Source: Octopus sinensis
Lineage: Eukaryota
DNA length: 64,000 nt
Assembly (NCBI RefSeq): GCF_006345805.1
Contig: NC_043001.1
Coordinates: forward strand, 33,356,001 to 33,420,000
Reading direction: 5' to 3'
Position numbers and translations under genes: made by a program. A model generated the notes under the pieces. That model saw only the letters and a list, made by a program, of their open reading frames with translations. It did no database searches and was not told the DNA's origin. Shown piece by piece: positions 37,516-50,364 of the stretch; within the stretch, counting starts at the first letter, position 1, and every line of letters begins with the position of its first letter.

Positions 37516-38345
37516 CTGAAAATTACATAATGATAAAAGTTTCAAGGTTTCACACACATATACATACAGCCATATACACACTCATACACGTGTGCTTTTT
37601 TTTTTTTTTGGCGGTGGAGAATCATGTAATGGCACGAGTAAACTTGATCAGTACATACTGACATCATCCCAATTCATTTGCATCATGGCGCATACCAGTA
37701 ATAAACATAATTTATTCCAGTTGCTGCACGATAACAATGTACTGACCCTGTATGACACATGCTCAGTGTAATCCTAGTATGCATTTGCTGGCGTATCGCA
37801 GTACATTAACCCAACAAGCTGTTAACATTCCCAGATGACTCTTCACCTATTTCAAATAATTCAAAATATGTTGCTATTGGTCGTAAATACATTTAAGGAC
37901 ATTTTAAATTTACGATATTTGATGGCATAAAAGACACACGAGCATATTAGACACATTCCAATTTCAGCAGTTTATATTCATGAAAAAAAAAAACCTCGGA
38001 GACAAAATTTGTTTATGGGAAGTCTAATTTAACACATGGTACCAAGGGTAATTTTTTTTTTAACTTCTTTATATTTTTTTGACAAAATGTGTGTCGTATA
38101 TGCCATCAGATGTTACCTGTGTTACCTCTCTTGTTTATTGATTAAAAATTTTAATCACTTCTGGAATGTATTTTGTCTAACATTTTTAACTATATTACGT
38201 TTGTGAGATCCTACCTTATTTACAAATTTAAAGTGTTTTACTATCACTTTAAGTTCTTATTCTGTCTATCTCCAATTGTTTATACTATTATAACACTAAG
38301 TACGATCCTTCCAGCATGACATTATTTCAAATTTAATACAGTATT

Positions 38346-38746
38346 AAACGGCAGTTTTTTAAAATAATTTCCACGTAACTAAACACTTTTAAACTTCGTA
38401 TACTGGTAGAATGTGTTTATAAAACATCTTTTTCTCTTTGCTTTATTGAGAAAATTCTATAGTTTGTAAGATATTTGTTGTTGTTTTTCTTCAATTTCTG
38501 CAATTTCAACCAATCAATGACGTCTATTGAGGTGAAAACATTCTGTGCCGTATGAAAATGTCCCTCGTTTAAGAAACAGATTGGGTTTATTTACATTTCT
38601 GAAGAAAAAAAGATACCCTTCCCCCACCCCTAACCCAAACCCTAAAATAGATTGAAATGCAATAGATCGATACTAGGGTCATAATTATGGGTGACAATTT
38701 CATATGACACCGCTAGAAAAAACTGCCGTTCAAACCGAAAAGATCC
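38346..38746. mobile_element. Related MITE (GGATC-TIR family), left terminus trimmed
   Basis: Right end aactgccgttcaaaccgaaaagatcc; CAGTATT on both flanks; ccctaacc repeats. Confidence 0.65.
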
Positions 38747-38852
38747 CAGTATTCAACACACACACAAATTCATACACACACACACATCAATTAATACAAA
38801 CACATACACATGCTAATTTGTACGCCAATGATCATTACACGATTCTACTTAC

Positions 38853-38990
38853 CCTTAGTAATACAATACCATAGTCGTACATAGCTGTTGGATCCTGAGT
38901 TGCTGCACTTTCTCGGAAATATTCCATTGCTGATTCCATATTCCTTTTCAGGCCTTGTGCTCCCCAATATAATGCTCGGCCAATATGTAA
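38853..38990 (-). CDS. SEL1L3: SEL1L3 exon (LHIGRALYWGAQGLKRNMESAMEYFRESAATQDPTAMYDYGIVLLR)
   Basis: tttttatag / GTAAGT, phase 0 to 0, Sel1 repeat. Confidence 0.93.
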
Positions 38991-39091
38991 CTATAAAAAT
39001 ATACATAGAGTTAGGAATTTATATGTTAAAAAATATTAGCAAAATTGATTTTGGACATTCATGTATGTTTTATTGTAATAATCCTCATCAT

Positions 39092-40316
39092 AAGGCGGCG
39101 AGTTGGTAGAAACGTTAGCACGCCGGGCGAAATGTTTAGTGGTATTTCGTCTGCCGCTACGATCTGAGTTCAAATTCCGCCGAGGTCGACTTTGCCTTTC
39201 ATCCTTTCGGGGTCGATAGATTAAGTATCAGTTACGCACTGGTGTCGATGTAATCGACTTAATCCGTTTGTCTGTCCTTGTTTGTCCCCTCTGTGTTTAG
39301 CCCCTTGTTGGTAGTAAAGAAATAGGTATTTCACCCGTTGCTACGTTCTGAGTTCAAATTCCGTCGAGGTCGACTTTGCCCTTCATCCTTTAGGTGTCGA
39401 TAAAAATAAGTACCAGTTGAACACTGGGGTCTCCACAAAATCCAGGCCTTGTACCTATAGTAGAAAGGATTATTATAATCCTCATCATAACGCGGCGAGC
39501 TGGCAGAATCGTTACCATGCTGGACGAAATGCTGAGCGGTATTTCGCCCGTCGCTACATTCTGAGTTCAAATTCCACCGAGGTCGACGTTGCCTTTCATC
39601 CTTTCGGAGTCGATAAAAATAAGTACCAGTTGAACGCTGGGGTCGATATAATCGACTCACCCCCCCATCTCCCACAAGCTGCCCTTATGGCAAAAATTTG
39701 AAATAATTATTACAATCATCATCGTAATTTTTGCGTAAGTTGGCATTGTATATTGTGCATATTGTACATGTAGGGAAGGGGTCACTCCCATCCCACAAAA
39801 AAAAAATCCATTTATACTACTTTCCGTGTTTTGCTTTGATCGTCCCCTGCTGCAGATATTTTTCAACTCATTTACACTAAGCAATTATTGTTCATTTGCA
39901 TCTCATTTGTATACTAACACAATTCTTTTCTACTTTAGGTACAAGGCCCGAAATTTTGGGGGAGGGAGCATGTCGATTAGATCGACCCCAGTACGCCACT
40001 TAATTTATCGACCCCAAAAGGTTGAAAGGCAAAGTCGACCTCGGCGGAATTTGAACTCAGAATGTAGCGGCAGACGAAATACCTATTTCTTTACTACCCA
40101 CAAAGGGCTAAACATAGAGAGGACAAACAAGGACAGACAAACGGATTAAGTTGATTATATCGACCCCAGTGCGTAACTGGTACTTATTTAATCGACCCCG
40201 AAAGGATGAAAGGCAAAGTCGACCTCGACAGAATTTGAACTCAGAACGTAACGGCAGACGAAATACGGCTAAGCATTTCGCCCGGCGTGCTAACGTTTCT
40301 GCCAACTCGCCGCCTT
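39092..40316. mobile_element. Two SINE family D clusters in opposite orientation (39092-39700 +, 39921-40316 -)
   Basis: Repeated gagttcaaattcc/ggaatttgaactc cores; single copies also at ~54908-55143 and 57505-57736 (-). Confidence 0.85.
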
Positions 40317-40490
40317 TTAAAATTACACGCTACCTTCTTAAACATTATATATTCGACAATGTAGTCCAAGGGCGACTATTCCTGAAAATAAGACAAGATT
40401 ATCTTGGCCTGAATGCCTTTAATAATAGGTCTGCTTAATCAGGGGAGACTTGAGAGTTAATCAACAACAACATGAATATTGTAAACAAAC

Positions 40491-40610
40491 CTGTGCTGAA
40501 AGTACTCCTTGCTTGGCTTGGTGTTTCAACCAATTGAATATATCCCCATTTTCATCCGTTTGCTCTTTCACCATGATATCGTCATTGAGTCGAACAGATT
40601 CGGTAAGAAC
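40491..40610 (-). CDS. SEL1L3: SEL1L3 exon (VLTESVRLNDDIMVKEQTDENGDIFNWLKHQAKQGVLSAQ)
   Basis: ttgcag / GTTTGT, phase 0 to 0, conserved RLxDD...GDxFxWLKH. Confidence 0.93.
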
Positions 40611-40837
40611 CTGCAATAGTAAATACAACTGAGATAATTCTTCACTTTATATATATAAAATACAAAATGGGACAAGAACACAAAACATCCAGACAGCTAG
40701 GTAATACAAAAAGGGACAACAAAACATCCAGATAGACGATACAAAGAAAAGAAGGACGCGTCATTCGAAGCCCTCTATCCTCAGTCAAGCACCAGATTAT
40801 CCTCGCAATTTCGGCTGATTATTCTTGAAATATATAT

Positions 40838-40985
40838 ATATATTAATGTGTATGTTTTGTGTATTTTCCGGTGGTTGCAATGGCGTGATGGAGCATATAA
40901 CGCTCAAGTCGCCGGTATGTAACCCTCAAGGCTGCCACGCCATTGCAGCCACTGAAAAATACACAAAACATATACATTAATATAT
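40838..40985. repeat. Fold-back element in TA context
   Basis: ~50-bp imperfect arms (..gtgtatgttttgtgtattttccggtggttgcaatggcgtg / cacgccattgcagccactgaaaaatacacaaaacatatac..). Confidence 0.75.
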
Positions 40986-41049
40986 GTATTTAATAATATT
41001 TAGTATACTAGAGCTGCTTTTCTTTCATATGTGTGTGTGTGTGTGTTTG

Positions 41050-41275
41050 TGAATTAAGGCTACCATTGGTTTCATGTTAAGAAAAGTAGGAAAATATCCT
41101 AGTGTCTTAATATTTCAAGCCGATGACATGGAGAAAAGTGTTCGCCTCAATTTTGGAAAACACAGCCTCCAAAACAGAGGTGAACACCTTTCTCCACGCG
41201 ATTGGCTTGAAAATTTAAGACACTGGGATATTTTCCTACTTTTCTTAACATGAAACTAATGGTAGCTTTAATTCA
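41050..41275. repeat. Near-complete ~225-bp imperfect palindrome (fold-back/MITE)
   Basis: gaattaaggctaccattggtttcatgttaagaaaagtagg... pairs with ...cctacttttcttaacatgaaactaatggtagctttaattc. Confidence 0.85.
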
Positions 41276-41441
41276 GAAATAGAACACTCATATTCATCAT
41301 TCAACATTTACGTGTGTGTATATGTATATATAAATATATGTTGGATCGTTAGCCCCTACACGCAATTTTTTTTCTCTCCTTGTTTCTTTTCTGTGTATCT
41401 CACCTGCCTTCGTCTTTTGTTTATTTTCGTAAACCTGCCCG

Positions 41442-41482
<41 letters not shown>

Positions 41483-41763
41483 GGGGGGGGAACCTATGCA
41501 GTAGTCATACATGTCATATTTGCCTTTTTTTACCATAGACTGGAGAAAAAAATTATGAACTGCCTTAACTGGTTTTCGACCCTTATTTAGGTCTTATCAG
41601 AGTTGCCTACATCACTTAAACAAAACCCAGAGAATAAGTAACCAATCTGTTAATATACATGTTATGCCTGAGATAGCAAAGATTTTCCAGCGAGTTAACT
41701 ATTTCTTTTGGATTTTTTAATGCATTATTTTCAAACACCATTTCATAGCAATCACTTCAGATC

Positions 41764-41820
<57 letters not shown>

Positions 41821-41981
41821 ACAAATATGCTACATCACGGACAACTGACCGAGTGGCTACAAATAGCAGTAATATTTCCGGTTCTCAGTACTCTGAGTTC
41901 AGTTTCCACCGAGGTCAACTCTCCTTTTCATATCTTTAGGATCGATAAACTAAGTGCCAGTCCTGTACTGTTATCATTTCT

Positions 41982-42016
<35 letters not shown>

Positions 42017-42841
42017 GTGGAAATCGGCAGTGATCAGGCTTGGGGAAACATGAGTTCCGTCAGGTGTAGAGTCAGTGTCATTGCTAAGACACACTATATG
42101 TCAAGACATCGCCCTATAACTCCTTCAAAGAATTAATGGCCCAAGTCAAGGCAAAATATTTATCCACTTTACCAAAGTCTGGATTCGGACAAATTGGATG
42201 AAATTTGAAGGTGTTTAGATCGATTTCTATAACTATTCAATAACTTCCATAATTTGGTATGCATAAATTATTAGAAATTTATAATGTTTGCAAATGTTGT
42301 AAAATAAATTAGACTTCGTTTATATGATGTATATCAATTAATTCCACTTGCAATTTTTATGCATAGCCGTTACGCAACTACCGAATGCTTAGAGCCGGTG
42401 GCGTAACTAGAATTCGGGTCGGCCGGAGAAGTCACTGAGTTTACTGCGCCTTGTGATCCCTGCCCTTTATACAGGCTTATACAGTGGAGCCAAAACTGTC
42501 ACCTCTATAAAAGCGTCGCCTGGGGTGGACTGCACCCATCGTCCCCCACCACAAGCTACGCTAATACTTAAAACTCAAGATTATGATTTCACAATTATTT
42601 AACTATCAATGCCATTAAACAAAGATGTTGAGGAATCTTATGCTCACAGTCTAGTCAAGGCATGGGCAAATTTTTTCGAGGTGCCGGCCGCATGAGACAT
42701 GAATAATCATAAAGCGGGTTGCATTACAAACAAAAAACGTAATTTTTCGTTAGACGTGCCATTCAGGAAGCCCTGTGACCACAGTTTACTCGTGATCGGT
42801 CTAGATTCTCAAAGCTCTTAAATTATAATGGCAATACTTAC

Positions 42842-42903
42842 GTCAGTGCCTTTGTGGTCTTCGCGGTCCTGGCGTGTTTTATCCGCAACATATTTGAAGT
42901 ACA
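42842..42903 (-). CDS. SEL1L3: SEL1L3 exon (YFKYVADKTRQDREDHKGTD)
   Basis: ttttgtag / GTAAGT, phase 1 to 0. Confidence 0.88.
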
Positions 42904-44158
42904 CTACAAAATAAAAATAATAATAATTCCCTCTTTAAAAAGAGCGCATTAATGAAAACTGATGCTCGACTAATCTAATTTAATCGTAATTAATATTATT
43001 ATTATTATTGTATTATTATGTGGACGATAGATTTGATGGAATCATTAGAGCACCGGTTATAAAATGCTTTGCGGTATTTCTAACTGTTTACGTTCTGTAT
43101 TTTTTTCTAACTATTTACGTTCAAATCCCGCCGAGGTCGGTTTTATCTTTCATCTTCCCCAGGTCGAAAAAATAATGTACCAGTCAAATATAGGGCTCGA
43201 TGGTATCAACTAATCTCTTCTCAAAATTGTTGGCCTTTTACCTACATTAGAAACAATAATTAAAATTGTGGTGGAGTGCAGAATCAGTAAAACGGTAACA
43301 AAATGCCATACAGTATTTTCCACGTCTTTTCACGTTAATACCGTGGTCTCAATTTACTATTTTGCTTGTGTGGACCTCCCACCCTACCCCCAAATCCTAT
43401 ATGGACCACAAAGGGCCATATGGACCCCAACTGAGAACCACTGATCTTGAGCCTTAATCCTCAAACTGGACACCCCAAAGGAGTATTTAAGTGCGCCATG
43501 ATTTTTTTTTCTTTTACAGTTTTAGAAAATCCATACTAGTGCATGAACATCTTGAAAACCGTGTTTTTCATAATCTTCTTATCTATATGTAAAATCCGTT
43601 CTGTCTGTCTGTGTGTGTGTTTCCTGTGGGATCTCGGGCTTAAATCTGATATGTAAATACCGACGGTATCAGGGCGCGTATAAGTCTTGAAAAAAATTAC
43701 AAAAATCGATTCCAGATGAGAATGCGATCGATAAAGTGAATAAAATCGTTTTCCTTTGGAAAAGAAAAAAGTCTATCTTTATTTCTTCTTTTGCTGGTAT
43801 CTCAAACTTAGGTTAAATCAGTGTTTCTCAAAGGGGAGGCCTATGGGACGGTTGGACAAGTTGTTTTGAGAAAATTTGGTTTAAATGTTTGACAACTCAG
43901 CACCGTTTTGCTCGTACTCAAATATAATTAATAAATCAAGGTAAATAAAAGTTATCTAAATTTGTTCTACAGTCAAAATAACTACCAGTCAAGTTTTTGG
44001 GTCGATTTAATCAACAACCCTTGCCAAAATATACAAGGCATTATTCCTTTGCTAACATACATCAACAATGTAATCTCATAACATATATAATCTATGTGAT
44101 ATTTTATACTTTAAAGCATGATGAAAAAACACTAGAAATACTGCAGGAATCAACTTAC

Positions 44159-44276
44159 TGTATGCAACACCAATTTGACGTGGAACAGCATCCAGCCCAT
44201 AATAGTATTTGTTTGCCAATGCCAAGCTAGCTAAACGATGGCCTTTCATTGACGCAAGGAGCAAGAAACTGTGTGA
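44159..44276 (-). CDS. SEL1L3: SEL1L3 exon (SHSFLLLASMKGHRLASLALANKYYYGLDAVPRQIGVAY)
   Basis: ttttatag / GTAAGT, phase 0 to 1, Sel1 repeat. Confidence 0.92.
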
Positions 44277-44597
44277 CTATAAAATATGAAATATAAATAT
44301 TGTGTATAACTACAAGGTATAATAGATCCATTTCAGCCGATTTAACCAGTCGGTTTCATACATGAGTCAGTGGAGAATCTAAGACAGCATTTTAAAAAAA
44401 TATATGTCACTCTCTTAGACACCCTTTCTGACAAACGCACAGGTTCTCCCCTAATTCAATAGGTAAAATCAGCTGAAATGGACCTATAATACCATACAGT
44501 AAAATTATTAATATACCCACTACATTGACAAATATATGAATGCTTGATAGTGTTTTTCTTTCTACATACAGATTATTAGACAATTATATATATATAT

Positions 44598-45010
44598 ATA
44601 GGTGCAGGAGTGGCTGTGTGGTAAGTAGCTTGCTAACCAACCACATGGTTCCGGGTTCAGTTCCACTGCGTGGCATCTTGGGCAAGTGTCTTCTGCTATA
44701 GCCCCGGGCCGACCAATGCCTTGTGAGTGGATTTGGCAGACGGAAACTGAAAGAAGCCTGTCGTATATATGTATATATATATAAGTGTGTGTGTATATGT
44801 TTGTGTGTCTGTGTTTGTCCCCCTAGCATTGCTTGACAACCGATGCTGGTGTGTTTACGTCTCCGTCACTTAGCAGTTCGGCAAAAGAGACCGATAGAAT
44901 AAGTACTGGGCTTACAAAGAATAAGTCCCGGGGTCGATTTGCTCGACTAAAGGCGGTGCTCCAGCATGGCCACAGTCAAATGACTGAAACAAGTAAAAGA
45001 GTAAAAGAGT
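44598..45010 (+). mobile_element. tRNA-headed SINE, family A, with internal microsatellite (representative copy)
   Basis: ggagtggctgtgtggtaag...ggttcagttcc...(TA/TG)n...gaaacaagtaaaagagtaaaagag. Further copies at ~1195-1655, 16810-17215, 17405-17570, 18423-18845, 19055-19450, 27988-28410, 28640-29045, 37070-37290, 45075-45570, 50170-50560, 56685-57080. Confidence 0.85.
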
Positions 45011-45013
45011 AAA

Positions 45014-45057
<44 letters not shown>

Positions 45058-45382
45058 TATTATTTAAAAATTTTTTATTTGTTTCAGTCATTTGACTGTG
45101 ACCATGCTGGGGCACCACTTTCAATCGAACAAATCAACCCCAGGCTTCATTCTTTGTAACCCTAGTACTTATTCTATCAGTCTCTTTTGCCAAATCGCTA
45201 AGTTACGGGGATGTAAACACACCAACATCAGTTGTCAAGCGATGGTGAGGGGACAAGCACAGACACACAAACACAAACACCTATATACGTACATGTATAT
45301 ATATATATCAGCTGGTTCGCCAGCCCTCAGTCATTCGTCCAACCCATGCTAGCATGGAAATTTGACGTTAAATGATGATGAT

Positions 45383-45426
<44 letters not shown>

Positions 45427-45566
45427 TATACGACGGGCTTCTTTCAGTTTCCATCTAACAAGTCCACTCACAAGGCTTTGGTTGGCCCAAGGTGTCATGC
45501 AGTGGAACTGAATCCTGGACTGTATGGTTGGTAAGCAAGCTACTTACCACACAGCCACACCTGTGC

Positions 45567-45608
<42 letters not shown>

Positions 45609-46695
45609 TATCTGAAGTGTTACATATCCATTACAGCTGATCTTGCCAATCGGTTTCACACTAGGAGTACAATGGAGTGTTAGGTAACAATCCCATGGTA
45701 TAACCCTGATTGCTGCCTAACACTCTGTTGTACTCTTAGTATGAAACTGATTTGTAGGATCAGCTGTGATGGATATATAATATTATACACTTTGGATAAT
45801 ATACCCACTCTATTGACACATATATGAGTGCATCTTTTCCCTGACTTATGGACTCTTAGATGACTTCTGCTCATATATACATATAAACCAATATACAAAT
45901 ATACATACATATATATGTGTGTGTGTGTGTGTGTGCGTGTGTGTATGTGTGTATGGAGGCGCAATGGCCCAGTGGTTAGGACAGCGGACTTGTGGTCGTA
46001 GGATCGAGGTTTCGATTCCCAGACAAGGCGTTGTGAGTGTTTATTGAGCAAAAACACCTAAAGCTCCCCAAGGCTCCGGCAGGAGGTGGTGGTGATCCCT
46101 GCTGTACTCTTTCGCCACAACTTTCTCTCGCTCTTTCTTCTGTTGGCCAGCTCACTTAGCCAGCGGGGTGGCATCACTTGAAGGCTAGAACAATGCGAAG
46201 CACATTGTGACCAGCGATGTGTAGCAACATCAGGTAGCCTGATCAGTCACGGTAATCACAATTATATATATATATATATATAAATGCAATTCATGCTCAC
46301 ACAGGAGAACGACAGAGAATAACATGTCTAAGAATATATAAGTTGTAATATTAAACCACTTTAAATTACATAAAGAAAGAGTCACAGCAACACAATCCAG
46401 AAGGGTAATAATTTACCAGTTTTAGAGTCCTGTCTTGTCATTTGTGATGCATGAAAGAAGTGCTTTAAGGAGACATACTGTTAATAGACTTGCTCGAAAG
46501 AAAATACTGTAAAGATTGATAAATAAGGAATATTATACAACAAAGAATATTATACAACAAAGAATATTATACTGTAGTTCCCAGAAGCCATATACTAATG
46601 ATATCTTCAGGAGTATATTTTGCAATTTTTAAAAATAAGAATACGCTAATTTTCAAAGGAGCAGAGATGAGAAATCAAAAATGCACAGTGCCAAC

Positions 46696-46830
46696 CTGGG
46701 TGGGATCAGCTTTCACATATATTCCATTTGCAAGTATAACGGACAGCATATACATCGAATCTGTATGTCCAGTACATGCTGATTGCTTCAACAACATGAT
46801 GTTCTCGTTCATTTTTGACAAATCATCTTC
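46696..46830 (-). CDS. SEL1L3: SEL1L3 exon (EDDLSKMNENIMLLKQSACTGHTDSMYMLSVILANGIYVKADPTQ)
   Basis: ttgcag / GTTGGC, phase 0 to 0, first Sel1-like repeat. Confidence 0.9.
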
Positions 46831-47007
46831 CTGCAATAGAAATACCATAGTAATTACAATAATATCAAGTTTTAAACGATGCATAAAAGCCAACAGGAAT
46901 GGTCATCTTCGTTTGTGAGCTGTGAATGGCTTGATTAAAACTACATGTTGCCAGAGGTAACAGTATTATTGCTGTATAGCAGATCTATTAATCAACAGTC
47001 TGTATAT

Positions 47008-47049
<42 letters not shown>

Positions 47050-47241
47050 TCGCCATGATAGATCATTAGCCACTACATACATTTTTTTTCTCTCCTTGTT
47101 TTTTCTGTGTCCCTTTCTGTTGAAGAGCGTAAGCCCGAATCGTAAAAGACTTTTTCTATTCCTGAGCGTTATACTAATACATCTGTTTGTTTTGTACACC
47201 ACCTGTCTTCGTCTTTTGTTTTTTTTTCGTAAACTCTCCCT
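47050..47241 (+). mobile_element. Short Penelope-derived hammerhead-bearing repeat in (TA)n (degenerate motif 47112-47149)
   Basis: gatagatcattagccactac...ctgttgaagagcgtaagcccgaatcgtaaaagac...cgtaaactctccc. Confidence 0.7.
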
Positions 47242-48011
47242 ATATATATATTGGTAATGTCATAATTCAATCTGATCCGGAACCAAACTACACTCTTAAC
47301 CATTAAGTCATGTGGTCATTAGATAGTGCTTTTCTTCTTTCTTTCTACTATATCTGTCCCAGGCTGAACATGTTTCCACAGATAATTGGAAGGAAAGAAA
47401 ACCACATGCATAACAATGACACTCATCGACAATCAATCACAAGAGGTCAAGACAAGATCACAAATGTATACACACTCTCACACATGAATATATATAAAAA
47501 TATATGTGTGTGTGTGTGGTGTGTATGTGTGTGTTTATAAATTTATGTGTGCGGACGGATGGATGGATGGATACACATGCTCACACACACATAATTGGTC
47601 TCACACAGTTTCTGTCTACCAAATCTACTCACAAAGCTTTGGTTAGTCAGGTGGCTACAGGGGAAGACACTCACCCAAAGTGCCAAACACTGAGACTGAA
47701 CCAAAACACATATGGTTGAGAAACAACCTTCTTAACCATACCTGCACCAGTAAACAAGTTTTTGAAAATTCAATAATGATTGATGAAAGGACAAATCCAA
47801 ATTACATTAAGGGGTCACAATTCTATGGTGGATTGTCAGTGAAGTTTAAAAATGGAATGCATTGATGAAAAGCGAAAACACTGAGCAACAAAAATGGTGA
47901 TGGTAATGATGTTCTGTCATTGATGTTTCACTTAAGAGGTGAAATTCTTCTCTAGAACATCTATCTAGTGCAGGCTCCCTTATAAGTATAGTAATCTCCC
48001 TTTAAATTGAC

Positions 48012-48193
48012 TCTGTGACCCAGCTTTGATTCCCAGTTGAGCTTTTGTCTTTCACTTAGGCAAAGTTGACCTCAGTGGAATTTGAACCCCAAGCATAAAG
48101 AGTCTGTGACCCAGCTTTGATTCCCAGTTGAGCTTTTGTCTTTCACTTAGGCAAAGTTGATCTCGGTGGAATTTGAACCCAAAGCATAAAGAC
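48012..48193. repeat. 91-bp tandem duplication of a decayed SINE D fragment
   Basis: tctgtgacccagctttgattcccagttgagc... at 48012 and 48103. Confidence 0.85.
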
Positions 48194-48285
48194 AAATGAA
48201 ATTCTACCCCAGCAAAGTTACAGTCCAATGACTGAAACAAATAATAATTTTTTTTTTAAATTGATAAAACTCAATTCATACTTAC

Positions 48286-48500
48286 AATTTTTGTGATAAA
48301 AATCTTAAAAATTGCTTCCCCTAATTTTTCCATATCTGGTTCTTGATCAGCAGCTTTGCTCTTGATAAATTTCCAGATAATTTTCTGCACCAGTTTGGAA
48401 TGACGTACAGGGGACATAGAATACCTTACACATTGATTTGATTTCCACTCTGATGTAGTTTTATTGTGTATCAACTCCATCAAATAAGGATGGCATGTAT
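48286..48500 (-). CDS. SEL1L3: SEL1L3 exon (TCHPYLMELIHNK...EKLGEAIFKIFITKI)
   Basis: ccag / GTAAGT, phase 1 to 0, 71 codons open. Confidence 0.88.
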
Positions 48501-49019
48501 CTGGTTGAGGATGGAATCGTAGGTGATATGATTAAAAGGATTGTATACATACAATTTGATAATAACCATATATAATAATTGCATGGGGACTTAGAAATTC
48601 TTGGCATTGTACTTGAGTGTAAATAAAAGAGGATAAAATATATTAAAATGCTGGAGCTTTATTATATTCAAGAATGCACTGTACTTGAATAAATATGGTA
48701 TACATGTACTAATTTACTAATGCAAAATCTGTACATGATTTCAGAGTGAAAATTTTACCCCTATTACAAATATGTGTTTATTGTTATATGCATTTTCTAA
48801 AGCCAACTAAATCAGTCGAAAAATATAAAAGTGATGGTTATTTTATTGCTATGAGAATTTTAATATGGCTGTAATATCATTTTCAGGTTTAGGATTTGTA
48901 TCAAAAGGAATTTTTACAAACTCAGATCAGCAAAACAAATAATATATATATTTGGCGGGATTTAGGAAAATAGTAAGATACCACTCACACAGGGCTGACT
49001 CATTCTTTTAAATGGTAAG

Positions 49020-49320
49020 AGCTCCAACTCACCTAATCTGATCCTGATATTTTGCCTTACTGGCACCTGTACTGGTGGCATATGTAAAAGGTTTCGAGTG
49101 AGGTTATTGCCAGTACCGCCTGACTGGCCCCCATGCCAGTGGCATGTAAACAGCACCCACTACACTCTCAGAGTGGCTGGCGTTAGGAAGGGCATCCAGC
49201 TGTAGAAACTTTGCCAAATCAAGATTGGAGCCTGGTACAGCCATCTGGTTCACCAGCCCTCAGTCAAAATCGTCCAACCCATGCTAGCATGGAAAGTGGA
49301 CGTTAAACGATGATGATGAG
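49020..49320 (+). mobile_element. RTE-type 3' UTR repeat ending in (GAT)n; other copies at 45310-45380 (+) and 53300-53455 (-)
   Basis: ttaggaagggcatccagctgtagaaac...ccaacccatgctagcatgga...gacgttaaacgatgatgat is shared by the three copies. Confidence 0.6.
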
Positions 49321-49932
49321 GAGGAGGATAAATGCACAGAAACCTTTCCTCTGTCTAACAGTCTTGAGCCAATGAGGGAACCTCTGTATGATCAACTGAT
49401 CTGCCACAAATAACAGCCACTTCACTTTCAAACCACAGCTTACCATTTTTGAGGAAAATACATGGGACATACACAAACATGGACATGCAAGCACATAAGT
49501 ATGCAGGATATGTACATACAGATGCACATACATACATACATATATACCTATGCATACACACACATATATACATACATACACATGCAAACACACACATACA
49601 TACATACGTACATGCATGCATCTATAGGTACACACACACACACTGGCCCACACACATGCGCACAAACAAACAAAAGGGAACGCAGTGTAAATAACGGACA
49701 GAGTCAAGACTATAGAAAAGGTTGCAAGATGCAACAAAAATTTTAGGAGAATAAAAATAAGAAATAAGTGGAAATTTTACCGGTGAGTGTGTTACGTTAT
49801 AAGCCACAAAAAGAAAATGACTCTCCCCAGATATGGGACATAATAATCCCTGATATACAACTTTATTCATAGGCGTGTTCACTAACTTATGGTCAAGCAA
49901 CCTAATGAATAAAAGTCAAAATATTATCTTAC

Positions 49933-50071
49933 TTTTATAGATAAAGTCCATCTTCTTTTTCTTGAAAACTTTAATCTTTTCCTTTATCCAAGTTAAGTAA
50001 TTTTCACACCGTTTGTCTCGACTGGTCAGTCTGAGCTCAAACATAGTGTTGTGTGGATTTGGCATAGAAAT
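49933..50071 (-). CDS. SEL1L3: SEL1L3 exon (ISMPNPHNTMFELRLTSRDKRCENYLTWIKEKIKVFKKKKMDFIYK)
   Basis: ctttcag / GTAAGA, phase 0 to 1. Confidence 0.85.
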
Positions 50072-50322
50072 CTGAAAGCGAAATCATATACAGAGATCAG
50101 AAATAAAACTTAATTGGTTGACCTGGAAATGTGACTAAAATCACCTTTAATAAATCAGCTAATAGGTATATGAGTGGCTGTGTGGTAAGTAGCTTGCTTA
50201 CCAGCCACATGGTTCCGGGTTCAGTTCCACTGCAAGTGTCTTCTACTATAGCCTCGGGCCGACCAAAGCCTTGTGAGTGGATTTGGTAGACGGAAACTGA
50301 ATGAAGCCCATTGTATATATGT

Positions 50323-50364
<42 letters not shown>

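Noticed and set aside
36609-38990. Sel1 repeats as a horizontally acquired bacterial gene
   Set aside because: Intron-rich structure and collinear similarity to animal SEL1L3 indicate a native gene.
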